Below, piece by piece: positions 1 to 13,786 of a DNA stretch of 64,000 bases. The position numbers and the translations under genes are program-made. This DNA is from Diadema antillarum (Eukaryota): the NCBI RefSeq assembly GCF_040938485.1, contig NW_027271836.1, positions 2,170,001-2,234,000 of the forward strand, in the 5' to 3' direction. Under the pieces are notes generated by a model that was not told the DNA's origin, did no database searches, and saw only the letters and a list, made by a program, of their open reading frames with translations. Every line of letters starts with the position of its first letter. Position 1 is the first letter of the stretch.

Positions 1-112
1 CTTCATCCGACTTCCATTTCCATTGGATTTATTATCAGGGCCACTCACGCATAGTAACTACCAGGAGACAGAGGCATGTTCACTAAATCAAGTACTCTCA
101 ATTTCTTGTAAA

Positions 113-197
113 CCCGTTGAGGATGGGCCAATATTGCTACAACATGCATTTCCCATAGACACTTGCCCGAATTTACTCTGGACTAGTCTTCAACGGG
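113..197. mobile_element. ~85-bp piggyBac-like MITE (CCCGTTGA...TCAACGGG, TTAA-type flanks)
   Basis: Terminal inverted repeats, TTAA on the right; same family as 32631-32714. Confidence 0.6.
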
Positions 198-304
198 TTA
201 AATTGTCCAAAAATAGGCAAACTGATGTAGAAGGAATATCCACAGAATTACGAAAGGATGTATCAAATTTCCTAACGATCCCTCACCCTAACCGATCTAC
301 TCAC

Positions 305-3300
305 CTGATGCGGCTTGACCACTCGGACGATGTGATCAGGCAGGAAGATGTCCGGTTCGTCCGGCGGATGGTTGACGTTGACCAGGATGAGACCCTGGGC
401 GTCGGGGACGTTGGCCTCATCGTTGGTGTGCATGCCGCTGCTCCCTTCGTCCATGTCGGCCTCCTCATCACTGTTGTCGCTGACCAGGGTTACTTCTTCG
501 TCTGAACTGATGGTAATGACCTCATTCTCTGAAAGAAGAACACAGCATAAGACATTCACTTTACACTTTAAAGGGATGGTATAGTATTGGATGAGGTGAG
601 AATTCAGCCTTTAACTTTTTTGCGAGATATTTAGAAACTACTTTCTGAAATGTTTAATAATAAGCCTACAAATCTAAAAGGAATTCAGAGCATATTTGAT
701 GAAAATCGGTTTTGAAATGACTGCAATATCCAAAAACAAATTAAAACAAAGTGATCCTAATAAAAGGTGGGCCCCATCTTTTATTAGGATTACTTTGTTT
801 TGGATATCTCAGCCATTATCAAACCAATTTTCATCAAATAAACTTTGAATTCCTCTTTGAATTCTTTGCTCTTTCATATTTCATAAAAAGGTTACTCATT
901 ATTTAAAAAAAAATATCATCAAAATATGTTGGAAACCTCAAACCCGACCTCAGCTGAAACTGTACCATCCCTCTTGGGGTTACATTTTGTCTTGAAGCAA
1001 GGCTTTCTAAACACTGTCCTCAATCTCAATCCACAGACTGGTCAATCAAATGCTGCCTATTACCCAAGGTTGACTTGATATTTCCTCACAATGCACATTA
1101 CTGCTTCAGCAAAACTTGCACCTTGGATTGTTATTATCAGTTTTAGGCAGCAATTTAATATCCAGGTAGCTCCAGCTACTAATCTCCAGTATGAACTATG
1201 TATATTCTAGATGGTTCAAGGCTTTAGCAGTCATGCATAGTGTTCACAGATAATGAAAACTGGAGAAATCTCAGTTACATAAAATCACATGCTCATACAT
1301 TGTATTAAAGGGATCGTATAGTTTTGGTTGAGACCTGATTTCAGGTTTCTAACATTTTTTGGTGAGATAATGAGAAACCTCTTATGAAATATGAAATAGC
1401 ATGTAATTCTATGAGGAATTATTTTATTTTTATTAACATTTATTTGATGAAAATTGGTTTTAAAATGGCTGAGATATCCAAATAGGGTGATTCTGATAAA
1501 GTGTGGGACCCACACTTTATTACGATCGCTTTGTTTTACTTTGTTTTTGGATGTTTCAGTCATTCCAAACCCGATTTTCATCAAATAAACTTTGAATTCC
1601 TCTTAAAATGGTATGCTCTGTACTATATCATAAGTGTTTTCTTGGTATCTGGCAAAAAGGTAAATGCCCAATTCTCATTTCCACCAATACTGTACTATCC
1701 CTTTAAACATCAGTATTTGGGTGTAGGGTTGTATTGCAGCACACTGGATGTTTTAGTTTCTGCTCCATACCAGATGGAAGATGTATTACATAATTTCGAA
1801 GTGANNNNNNNNNNNNNNNNNNNNNNNNNNNNNNNNNNNNNNNNNNNNNNNNNNNNNNNNNNNNNNNNNNNNNNNNNNNNNNNNNNNNNNNNNNNNNNNN
1901 NNNNNNNNNNNNNNNNNNNNNNNNNNNNNNNNNNNNNNNNNNNNNNNNNNNNNNNNNNNNNNNNNNNNNNNNNNNNNNNNNNNNNNNNNNNNNNNNNNNN
2001 NNNTAGCACATTTTCCATAAAAACAAATGTTCAGATGTGCTTTACCAGTGGATTATTGACATTATGAAACAAGTGAGTTTTTAGATGTCAAGTTCAAATC
2101 TATTGCAAGCATGCATTCAAAGGGCTATATAAAAATGAAATTAATCTTGAGAACTATGATGTGCTCCCTTTTTTCCCTTTTGTTGTTTAGTTTGCTTTCA
2201 CTATTATGTGAAATTTTACCGCATACATGTGAAAATAGCTACAGTGTACATTGTACTGTGCCTAAATATATCCTGGGCAAAGTCAAGGAACTGTTTTTTT
2301 TTTTTCTTTTCTGGGTAAGAATTATCACACATTGTTTGCTCATCTCCCTACAGCATAATGTTTTTTTTTTTAATCATGTTGATTTTGTGACAGGATCAGA
2401 ATGAATACCAGAGATTGTGCCAAGTGATATCACTGTACATAATGTGGTACATGTTACTCCGTGTCTGTACATACACGGATAAGATGTGCAAATAGCCACT
2501 TCCTTTTGTAACACTTCTGGTTCACAAGGAAATTCCATGTATTTTGTACACCTCATAATTTCATTGCTTTGAGGAGTCCATAAATATTCAAATCTTGCTA
2601 TCTTCAATATCACATTTGTGCATGAATGCCGAATACAGACTAATTATGAGCCTTGAATGACATCTGGGGTAAATCATGTTAGTTTGTACATTGGAGCTAT
2701 TGCTGCTTGAAGAAGAAGAGGAGGGGGTGAGAAAGGGGAAGAAGGAGGAAGAGGAGGAGAAGGAGGAGATAGGAAGAAGGAGAAGTAGTAGCAGGAGTTG
2801 GAGGGGAAGGGAAAATTAAAAGAAGACAGTGAAGAAAGACAATGGTGGAAGAAGAGGAAAGATAAAGAAAAGATAAAACAAAGTTAAAATTAAAAAGAAG
2901 AGGAAGAAGAAAATGCAGGCATTATAACTACATTATATGTCCAGAGATATTGTAGAATAAGAAAATTTCATGTGCACTTTAATTTTGTGAATTTCGCGCA
3001 ATTAAAATGCACACGAAAGTTCATGTCTACACTGCAGGCATTCAATGTCAGTGGCAGTTTGCAAAAATTTCATGCCGCAAAAAAAAAAAAAGGCTGATGG
3101 CTGCAATTCGCAAAAATTTCATTTTGTGAAAAATATCTTGCTGTACAGTACAGTATCCCCTCAACCATGCAAAAAAAAAAAATAAATAAAAAAGAGAAAA
3201 AAAATATAACCTTGACAAAGTCTTCTCACTTCCAAGACTATTCCACTCACAACTGGTAGTTTTCCAAACCACACAATGTACATTTCGTGGGTCTGTGGAG

Positions 3301-6300
3301 GGGAAATCCCTTTTCTACCCCTCTTCATCTGACATTACATCTCCTGATCATGGGTGTAATCACACACGTGTGTGTACTTCACCCACGATAAAAGAATTGG
3401 CTCCCAGTTCTAACAGCAATAGCATTCATGTCCATGTCTGACGTGAGAACAGCCAAACAAAGGCGAAGGATTTCTCAAGTTTTGAAAAGACTGCAATCAT
3501 GTGTCTCACTGGTTTATAAAAGAATGCAGTTCACAAAAAAATTCATGTGATAAGACCCGAAACACATAAAATCACATGACTACGATCTATTCACGCACGA
3601 GTGGAAGGGGGAGAAGAATGAAACTGTAGTCTGTTGTGGTTGTTCACTTGAAGTAGGAATAGGTCTTCAATAACGCCCCCGCACATTATCCATGACATGC
3701 TCTAGAAATCTCATAATTTTTCATGAGAAAGATACTTTGAGAATTGAAACTTGAAAGACAATTTTGCATGTGGATTGTGTTTTAACTTGCAACTGCAAAC
3801 CAATATGACAGAATAAGACAGAATTATTATCCTTTTCTTTTTCTACCCTGGACACAAAAACAAGACATTTATGTTTGGAGAGGAAATATTCTTGCTAGGT
3901 GATCAGTTAAAAGATACTGGTTGACTTGAAAAGTTCACAAAATAAAAACAAAAATATAACTTTAGGCAAATACATTGAATAATTTCTTTCTTAAAATCAT
4001 ATTTCACATTTCTCTGAATTACATGCATTTATCAAGTACAATCTGACAAAACATGTCTTCTTACTTCATGCAATTTATTAAAATCACATTTATTCATTTA
4101 TCTGCTACAAAAAATTGCCATCACAAAATTCAAATTGCTTCACTTAAAATCAAGATTTTGCTTTCAAGTCGCTGAAAGATTTTGCTTTGTTTCAAACTGA
4201 TCAGTCTTTCCCACTGACACTCACTTTCACCAGTCACACACTACTGTTTTTCATTTGTTTGTTTGTTTTGGGTGTTTTTTTTTTTTTTGTTGGGGGGGGG
4301 GGTTACATACACTGTACACATACAATTGTGCTATCCACAGTTTGTGCTACTACCAAACAATCAAATGAATGGAAAAAAAAAATCCTGATATAACAATCAT
4401 TCCTGCTATACGTCACAAGACAATAAAGCTTCTTTTCAAGATAGCAACAATAAGACACCCCAGTGGTTCATTGCGTCTACAGAACAAGGTTAATTGTCAA
4501 TGTCGCAGTTTCAACAATGGGGCTTGACATTCTTTTTCTGCTGAAAACCTATTTCCTAGTTTAGAAGAATTCACAGCATCAGGAACTGAATGCACAAACA
4601 CTACACATTGGTGATTTTTTTTTTCCTTTTCCGTGACTGATGTGAGCTCTTTTCACAGGCGAACAATGAGTGAGCCCAGGGGGATTCCCACCAAAATCAC
4701 CTCATAGCCTTATCATTGCATACTAACAGTACTATAAACAAGCTGTAACACTATACATTATCATAGGAGTATGTATGCGTTGGCAGTTCCTCCAATGAAA
4801 TGTATGAACAGTGGGCACCAGACATAATGTGTAATGACACTGCTATTTCAAATCAAACAGCAGAGTGTATATTCCCATTTTGCATTGAGGAATCTACATT
4901 GCTGTCATGTTAATCCAACATGCCTCTGTGTGTTATCACTGGTATCATTTATGTGTACTTGGGGGTAAAAATGTGGTTGATTATCGAGTGTTTCATCCAT
5001 AGTTGCTACATGCATGGCAACATAATGTGAACTACTGCTAGTACACTCACTTTCCTCTGTTTCTGGATTAATGATGATAGGCATATTAGGCACTGAAACA
5101 AATTTTACCACCTAACCCGTCTCCAAATGGATAGCATATTTGAACATTTGACTATTTGTATGCTATTTTTTCACATTTAATTCCTAAAGTCAATTTTGTA
5201 GGTTGATTCTCTGCATAAGTTCCTCTATAAAATCTATTTCTCCAGCCATTGTGTAAAGTATCCAATTCCATGAACTAATTTGCAGCTATTGTGGAAATAT
5301 CCAAAAGATACATTTGTTTTTACTCACCAGATATACAAGAGCTGACTATCGACGTGTCATAAGAACACATTTTGAGATACAATGAAGTGCACAATTCTCT
5401 ACTGACAGACAATGCACTATCCTCCATGGTCTTTCAAGATAAGTTTAATTACTTAATAATAAGCAATATAACAAATGACTAAATTACTCACTTGTGGAAA
5501 CTATTTTCTAATTTTTTGAAATGCAGAATATAAAATCAGCAGGTCACAATGCTCTACGTAACATATCCCACTCTTTCATAAACTCACTCAGACACTTTTT
5601 TGATGGTCTCTTGTCAGCAGCTGTTACTATTAACAGTGTGATTACAAGAAAAATTTTGTATAACTCATCAGCATGTGTTTGCGAAGGCTCATTACATTTG
5701 AACGATGCTACTACACTTGCGAAGTACATCTGTATCATGCCCAGACGGATTATGTATGTCATGCATATCAGTAGCTAAATGTTTACATCACTGAAGAATA
5801 AAGAGTTGAGCTGAGGAATAAATCATCCAGTTTTTCAGTAAAGACAATTATATTGGCTGGCCAGAAACTGACTGCTATGACCTTATAGCACTAACAGAAA
5901 ATGAGTGCAATAGAGTTGTTGGATGGAAAATCACAAACATGCTCTGTAATGATACTGTCTGGTTGCACCTTGACAGTACCTAGCCAGTCAACATAAATCC
6001 ATTATCTCCCTTTCTAGGACATCTTCTATTCCACATTGATCAGATATGTAGTTATAGCTAAAGGCAGTACAGTCTTTTTATGAAAAACACCAAAAAGCAA
6101 TCAATATTTCTGCTCACCTGGTTTGGATGTTTTGTTGGCATCTCGCTCGCTCTCACTGCCGCTATCGACCAGGATGCATTCTGAGTTGGTGGGGACGGCG
6201 GCGGCGGTGGCAGCAACGGCGGCGGTAGCGGAGGTTGACGAAGAGGGGGCGGAGGAGCTTGGGATGTCAGTAGAGGAAGCCCCAGGTTTTGCCTCTTCAG

Positions 6301-9300
6301 ACGACTGGGCTAGGGTGTGAATGGTGGCTGAGACTGCAGCCAGAGCCTCTTCGAGCGTTTCTGCAAAACAAAATACCGTAACTATGAAATTCGAAAACAC
6401 CATATTGTCTGAATGTGGGATGGACTATCCAAGCATCCACAGACTTATATGAGAGGGTCTTTTTTCAGGATGGATGTAGGTCTAAAAGTCAGCCATGTAT
6501 AGAAGCGGGAACTTCCACACCACATGTATCAGGGCAATTACCCCACGAGAGCAATTACATCCCCCCCCCCCAACCGGCTAAATACTGGCAAGTGGTAAGG
6601 TTAGAGTACAGATTAGGGTTAGAGTTTGGGTAAGGGTTGGGATACAGGATTAGGATTGGGGTTAGGGTCAGGGGAAGGGTCTGGGGTAATTGCCCAGAGG
6701 GTAGTTGCCCTAGACCCCACATATAATATCATTTGGAGAATGCTTCTTCAAAGGTGCATTAGTTACTCACCAGCAGGACCAGATGCAGCTTTGGTCTTCT
6801 GGCTCTTCTGCTCATCCATCCGCCGCTTCCTTTCCTCCTCCAGCCGTTTCTTCCTCTCCTCCTCCTCCCTCTGGGCATTCAGCGTTTCCGTATCCAGCTG
6901 GTCCTCCCGTAAGAATGACCTGTCACGTTAAAGGAGACCTCCGGATGATTTTAAGATTTTTACATTTGAACAACTATAAATTTGTTATACCAAGGACAGA
7001 GTTTCAAATTTTTGTGATAATTGGGATGAAGAATATGAATATTTTCAAAATTTAGAACAAATTGCAATGAACAAGGATGATGACATGGCAGAGTCACCAT
7101 AAGAATGCATGAGTTGGGGCTCAAGGAAGCAGAACAAAAGAAGAAGGTATGCATAGATCATACACAGGTGAACTCGCAAGCAAGCGGTATTGTAATGGAA
7201 TTACACTGGTACATTTCTGAAATATATGTAGTATGTATAGTATTGTTTCTCTGCTCAAGAACCACAATAAATTCCATAAATCTATACATTGTACATACAT
7301 TGAGTTGTCGATTTATGTAGTGTGATGTGAAATTATGAAAATCGTCTGAATGTCCCTTTAAGAATGCACAAGGGCAAAAGTGGGAGGAAAACAAGTTTTA
7401 GTGGACTAGTCATATCCAATCTACAAGTATATGGTCTTGATCATGTTTGCCTTTATGCACATTAACATTCTAGTGTATTTGGCACATGATTATTATATTT
7501 CCTAATGTCATCCCATTCAAATTTCCCATACCATTGTAATATCCTGATTCTCGCATCAGAATATGAATTCAATCATTGATTGAAGGGGAGTTGTAATTCA
7601 TCATCAAGCATCTTGAAATAAATTTTGTGCTGATGCTACATGTAAGTAGTTATTATTTCATATAAATTGACTTGAATGTACATTTGTAGCATACACATGC
7701 AGCAGTTGAGGGACAAATTTTCTTCTTCACACACATCTGGACAAAAGATACACATTGCACACTTACATACCTACATAGTATACCACAGTACTGTACTGTG
7801 GATAAAAATCATACACCGTTTCAAGTCCCATAGAACTCAAAATTCTTGACTTTGACCCCATGATATATCGATATGTATGGATTGAACAGATAAAAGATAA
7901 TAACTATGGTGATTAACACAATTTCTTGGAATGTGACTAATAACCAAGTCATAATGGCTCCATGGAACCACGCCAGCAACAATTACCAGGACCACGCTGT
8001 CTGGGATGAAAACGCCTTTGTTCAAGTAAATTGCCCTGTCTTTCTACATACAGCTAAAGCTGTACATCACAAGACTCAATGTCATATAAAACTAGTGTCA
8101 GATCGTGAACAATGAAAGCCATTACCAACATCTGTATCTAAAAGTTAATTTCTTGATTTGATAAACATCAATATTACAGGGTATCTTCATTTACTGGTTT
8201 CTGTTTTTTGTTTCCTTTTTTATATCATTTTAATGTTGAGCAAGTAAATTTTGTCCTCCTATTGTTTTTGTACAGTTGTTATTGAACAAAGGATAAAAAA
8301 TTCAGACACATCAGCAAAGTCAAGAAAAATCTTATGCAAACACATACCAGACATATAATCAAAATGTTTACACTTACATGTACATATCTGACCCATAATG
8401 ATGGAGACAAATAAGATTATGTTTACAACCAGAATTTACCTTTCAAACAGAATTTATAAATACATGCACCTAGGCATGCCCTTGTTTTGCAGCTGCACCC
8501 CCCCCCCCATCTTTGGTATAACCATGTCAAAAATCATGAAATACATACTATTAAAAAAAAAAAATCAGTGATTGAAAAAAAAAAACACACTCAAAAAAAC
8601 AGAGTGCGTAAAGTAATGCTCTTTCATCTCAAGAAGGATACATATTGATAAAATATGCAGGCCTCATTTTTACTTGTGCTTGAAATGAAAGAGGTTACAC
8701 TGATTAAAGGATTTTAGCGTTAAACATTTTGTGAGATATTCAGAAACCACTCTATGAGATATCAAAGAGCATGCAATTCTAAAGGGCATCACAAGTTTAT
8801 TTGCTGAAAATCGGTTTTGAAATTGCAGAGATATCCAAAAACAAGGTGAAACAAAGAGATCCTTATAAAAGGCGTGGCCTGTCACCTTTTAGTATTATCA
8901 CTTTTTCGGATATCTCAGCCATTTGAAAACCAATTTTCATCAAATAAATGTTGAATCCTTCTTAAAATTTCATGCTCTTTCATATTTCATAAGAGGTTTC
9001 TCATTATCTCACTTAGGAATGTTCAAAACATGAATCCCCACCTCAAACCAGTACTGTACAGTCCCTGAAGCCACTGTGTTTTGATCCTCACAACTGACTT
9101 AACTTAACTTTTAACCCTTACACTGTATTGTTTGCTGATTTACATGCTCTGAAGTGCTTTGTTTGTTGACTGGCTCAGATGTCTGGAAACTAGATTGTAT
9201 AAAGTTTCAATGACCAAAAGATTACTTAATCCCCCTAATCCCCATTGTGTCACATTGGTCTTCCTGTTAGCCTTAGGAGGCACTTTGTAATGCTTGAGTG

Positions 9301-12300
9301 GGCTGGCTAAAACTTTACAACTAGATCAAGTTCATATGGATTACTTAAAGCTGATGAAAAAACTAGAGGCAAGTTAAGCAAAGTGCACGAGCACATAATC
9401 ATACAGCATTAATCAGTGGCCATCTACCAAGTACTGATATCCCCCCCCCCCCATTTTTATTTTTCTTAAACATCAAATGTGTTGGAAATTTCATTTTCAA
9501 TCATATTGCTGCCTGTTGGGCAAGCCCTTGTGAGGTTGCAAGACTGCATTCATTACATGTACAAGTACAGGTATATCGTCATGTTTAGAGCTAGAAGTAT
9601 CTAGAGATAGTTGAGGGTTCCCTGCTTGTGCCAAGAGCAACTTGTCCTCTACGATTCAAGACAGGAGAGTATGCACTTTGAAGTTATGCAAGTTTGGCTG
9701 ATTGTGTAGAGCCATCGTCAAGTCTTACATAAGGGTTGGCAGCACAAATGAAAAAGGCCTTTCACTGCACGTCACAACGCCGTCAATGCATTGCACACAG
9801 AGGCAGCTTGCCTCAGTAGCACTTACACACCATCAAGGAGTATTTTCAACTTAATGACTATTCTGGACCAAAAATTTTATTTAAAACAAAAGGACAAACA
9901 ATTTACAGACAAACAATAAAACTTAATAAAAATTGACATTAAATATGGAAGTAATGAAATTGTCAAGATTTGGTAACTAATTGCAAAATAATTCTCAAAC
10001 AGTTGATCATTTTGTTACATGAGTGAGCTGATCATATCATTGCCTCACAATTTTCCATTGATCACCTACAAACAAAAAAATTAAGAAAATCCAATTTGTC
10101 TGCTACAAAAGTAGAAAACAAAATGCTATCCAATGGTGAATGATTTCAAAATAATGATCAGTCAGATATCAGATGGATTTGATACTGCATAGGAGACAAT
10201 TGCATTAAAAAAAAGAAATAAAAAACTTGAAATTTCAATATTTTGTGTGTAAACTATTTAGCAAGTTGCTGTCATCAGCAACTTACACTCAACTGCATGA
10301 TGTTTAGTGAAATTAGCTAAGATTCACAACTTCATAATTTAAACTGAACTCCCAAATTTTTAGCTGATTTTGATCATATTTTCACTATTGTGCTTTGACA
10401 ATTTTACTCCTTTTTTTTTATTTCAGACTTAACTATTAACTGGTGCGGGATTGTCCTTAAAACAAGTCGTTATCTCCATTGGTGATATGGTTATCGTAAT
10501 ATCTCAAAAATCACTTAATGAATTTACCGCATGAGGCAATTATATACTCGAACACTTCTACATTGATATCTGTATAAAAATGTACCTGCAACAAAAATTT
10601 ACAGACAAAATTTTGCCTTGGACTGGTGCGACTCCAACATGCTCCTATCACTTTGATACGGCGCCTACTAACAGTCTAGGCCTACATGTACAAGGTGTAT
10701 GTTATACAATTGATGTAATTGTAAGGTCACACACTGTGACCTTGTGCCGTAATAACATTTTTTTTTTTTTTGCAACCCATCAAATGGTAAAACATTACAT
10801 GGTCTATTAATGACAAACAAGACTGCATGCATTGATTATCACTATTCTGCCCCCTGTATCTAAGGCAAAAATTGGTATTCCAAAGCTAATATAGCTGAGA
10901 AACTACAGATCACATGAGTTAACCTCAGATTAAAGGCAAAGTTGTATTTTACCAATTGCTGTCTCAATGGACAAAATTCCCATGCAAGTTTCAAAAGACA
11001 AAATACGGTGTACATGCATTCAGGTATTTGTTTCATATAAAATATAGTTAACATCACGTTCTGTCAGTTTCTTACACTGTACTTTATATGGTATTTAACC
11101 ATAATTTGTAGTTTGTGTGTATTCATTGTGTTGTGGTGAACCTACTTGTGGTACTTGCCCTTTTAAAGGGGATGGCTAGTAACCGATCAGACGGAATCAG
11201 TGGGAATGCTGGGGGATGGTTGTTCCAATCCTTGTGGGATTCATTTAAGAGTACATTATATATTGTTGTGTGAAAATTATTTGCTTCAGAATGGTCTCAT
11301 ATTCAAGTAATGTGCAGTTTAATGCCCTGTCACTGTACTGGCAGGCTAACCTGGAAACATTAAACTGCACATTACTTGAATATGAGACCATTCTGAAGCA
11401 AATTATTTTCACACAACAATAGACATAATGTACTCTTAAATGAATCCCACATTTAAAGAATTGGAACAATCATCCTCCAGCATTCCCACTGATTCCCACT
11501 GATTAGTTACTAGCCACTCCTTTAATCTAAAAATACATTTTATAATGCATGACTGAAGATACAGTGTATTCATACTTTGTACTACATCCTGTTAAAATTT
11601 AGGCATCGATAAGTAGCACACCCAGCTGTACAAACATACAGTATGTGTATCAGAATCACTGAAGTTTATGCCAGAGTTTTGTTACCTTGATGTAACAACT
11701 CTCTGACATGTGTCACACAGCTTTTTCCTGTTTCTTACACAACTTTGTATGTGCTCTGGTAATGTACAAAGTATGCTTCATGAAGAGCATAAACTTGGCA
11801 TCATAAATCATGTGACTCGAGTACATGCAGGATTATACTAGGCCTCACTGTATGAGAGCATAAATATCACAGCAAATGTGGCAAATTTCCAGATAATGGA
11901 AAAAAAAAAAAGGTTTCTATCAACACCTGTTCACAATACCATACATCAGTGGCCCTTGAGAGGCACTTTTTGTCTTGAACTACTTTAGCTGCCGAAATTC
12001 AGTGTTATTGACCTTTTCGGAGGAAGGGGTTAACATGCTGTTGATACTGTTTTTACATTGTTTTTCTTTCTTTCTGAGAGGAGAAAAACCTACAGGGACC
12101 TTCACATCACAACTCAACGTGATTTTGGATGTTTGGGATGAGGAAAGTTTGACGTAAAAGAAGCAAACACTCTGCACAATTTTATTCAAGCATGGGCTAT
12201 AGCACAAAATGTCAAATTGAGAGCTCAGATTACAACTCAATATGAAGTCATTTGGTCAAATCATGCATTATTTTTACTTAATGGCAAGTGGAACATGCCG

Positions 12301-13786
12301 AAGCATATAAAACTTGTAAGTACTACACTAAGTCAGTACCAAAAAGTAAAACTTGTGTACATTGTACATTGTTGTGTCGATCAATGCAGACTTAAACACT
12401 GAATGAAGAAATGTCTAATACTTAGAGAGGTTCATTGTAGAACCATAGGCAGACAGAATTATACTAACCAAGGCCAAAAAGAATTTGTGCGTGAAAAACT
12501 TAAGATTTTGTCTTTAGAAGTTGCTTTAGAATCATATCAGCGTGTCTTGGTTTATTTTGAACATACTGTTGTGTGTACAGTGACTGATATTTCTTGACGT
12601 GTGTTACAATGTACATTGTTCATATCAACTTTTGTTCATTTCGAGTAGTTATTGGCTCCACAGGAACATGCAGATGCATTATTGATCAGGTTTCAAGACG
12701 TTGTCAATGAACAGAGAAGCAATAGCTATCCTTGTAGTCCCTGATCAAACAACTAAATAACTCAGCTGGGATGTTAATAATGCTATGTGAACTAGCCAGA
12801 TCAGTTGTGTGTTTGAATTTGTAATTTACAAGTGATATTTTGGGAACTTCGACAAAACTTGGGGTCACTCTTGACACACATTACTGTCTCTTTCATAAAA
12901 AGCTGTGAAAATGTACATCTGAACAATGTGCTGGGGACTGTTTCATATAACTTGTCATCAGTGACAAGTTGTCATTGTAGATGTGACAAGCTACTGAAAT
13001 CCTTGCATCTGATTGGCCGAGAGCAAATTTGTCATAGAAATGTGGCAGTTGTCACTGATGACAAGTTTTATGAAACGGGTGTAGGTCTTCTATGAGTGAA
13101 GATATATTATACAGTATAGGATACATAATTTCAAGTTATTACAGGTACGTGTACACACTGTATCCAGAATGACGCAGTGCAATGGCCGGAAAGGTTGACA
13201 CATAAGAAAAAAAAGAAAGAATCAACAAATACACATCAACTTTTAGTACAGTAAAATCAAAAGTTTGCATTACTCACTTTATATTCCTTCTCCTATTTGC
13301 TGGCTTGTTCTTTCCCTTTGACTTTCCCTTCTTCTTTCTGGTTCCCTCCCCATTCTCCTCCCCTTCTTTCTCCTCTTCCTCCTCTTCCTCATCCTCCTCT
13401 GCCGCTTTTTTCGCCTTCCTCTTCCTCCTCCTCGGACCTGCCTCGGTCCCGCTCTTCTGGCGCCGCCTCTTGGCGGCTCTCTTTTTCGAGCCGGAGGAGT
13501 TGCTCTCGGGACCCGCTCCCGGCGGCTCCAGACCCTCTGGCATGCTCACAAAAGACTGCGTCAGCAAAGCGTCTTCTGGCGGATCTTTGAAGGTGTACTC
13601 GTCCTCCATCAGGGAGGGCGTGGTAGAACTCGGCCGACTGGCAGGATCATCGTCAATGGAGGATGCCTTGTTGTCGGGCTCTGGGTTCGAGCCCTCCGAG
13701 TCGTAGGAGGCATCGCTCTGGAGGCCAGGGGGTAGAAACTCCTCAGAGTCTGACTCACTCTCACTTATTGGGTGGTTTTCACTCAT
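305..13786 (-). CDS. RAD54L2: RAD54-like 2 / helicase ARIP4 (SNF2 family), 5' part only. Coding exons 13786-13278, 6919-6771, 6360-6118, 528-305; the gene continues off the left edge
   Basis: Exons join at canonical GT-AG sites in compatible phases (2,1,1,0): 1125 nt, 375 codons, no stop. Spliced peptide ...PANRRRNIK/SFLREDQLDTETLNAQREEEERKKRLEEERK... and ...ENEVITISSDEE...GMHTNDEANVPDAQGLILVNVNHPPDEPDIFLPDHIVRVVKPHQ match my recollection of human RAD54L2 (RRNIRKLLREDQLEPVTKAAQQEELERRKRLE; GTHVNDVLNQRDALGRVLVNLNHPPEEENVFLAPQLARAVKPHQ). The ATG sits in a gcaccATG context. Confidence 0.93.
572..972. mobile_element. ~400-bp TTAA-flanked non-autonomous DNA transposon (AGGG termini, Kolobok-like), copy 1
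   Basis: TIR agggatggtatagt / actgtaccatccct; internally palindromic; siblings at 1309-1702 (inverted) and ~8700-9066. Confidence 0.7.
1309..1702. mobile_element. Same Kolobok-like MITE family, copy 2, inverted relative to copy 1
   Basis: TTAA at 1305-1308 and 1703-1706; TIR agggatcgtatagt / actgtactatccct. Confidence 0.75.
1805..2003. other. Assembly gap (N run)
   Basis: 199 Ns. Confidence 1.
2705..2915 (+). repeat. Polypurine (GAA/GAG-rich) low-complexity tract
   Basis: Near-continuous A/G run on the plus strand. Confidence 0.8.
6532..6716. mobile_element. Short element with 13-bp inverted repeats and an internal degenerate TTAGGG-like array (Helentron/HINE-like)
   Basis: gggcaattacccc (6532-6544) is the perfect reverse complement of ggggtaattgccc (6683-6695); internal gttaggg/gttagag/ggtaagg variants. 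Family assignment is inference. Confidence 0.4.
8700..9066. mobile_element. Same Kolobok-like MITE family, copy 3, degenerate left end
   Basis: Shares internal blocks (gaaaatcggttttgaaat, ggatatctcagccatt, accaattttcatcaaataaa) with 572-972. Confidence 0.65.
11167..11521. mobile_element. Fold-back MITE: ~160-bp inverted arms, 33-nt loop, TTAA target-site duplication
   Basis: TTAA at 11163-11166 and 11522-11525; arms 11167-11324 and 11358-11521 are nearly identical in reverse complement. Confidence 0.85.

Noticed and set aside
23-505. 160-aa plus-strand ORF
   Set aside because: Antisense shadow of the RAD54L2 exon plus a MITE; no recognisable motifs.
1501-2067. ORFs spanning N runs (also 19933-20200 and 20586-20961)
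   Set aside because: Artefacts of translating assembly gaps.
3301-4689. Two NF-kB consensus sites (GGGAAATCCC at 3301, GGGGATTCCC at 4680)
   Set aside because: A rough estimate gives about two GGGRNWYYCC matches by chance in 64 kb on both strands, and these are far from the RBR promoters.
4905-5111. Possible extra RAD54L2 exon
   Set aside because: The flanking exons already join in phase, and there is no similarity to the RAD54L2 sequence as I recall it.
13680-13695. tRNA B-box-like GGTTCGAGCCC
   Set aside because: Lies inside the RAD54L2 coding exon, with no A-box or cloverleaf.
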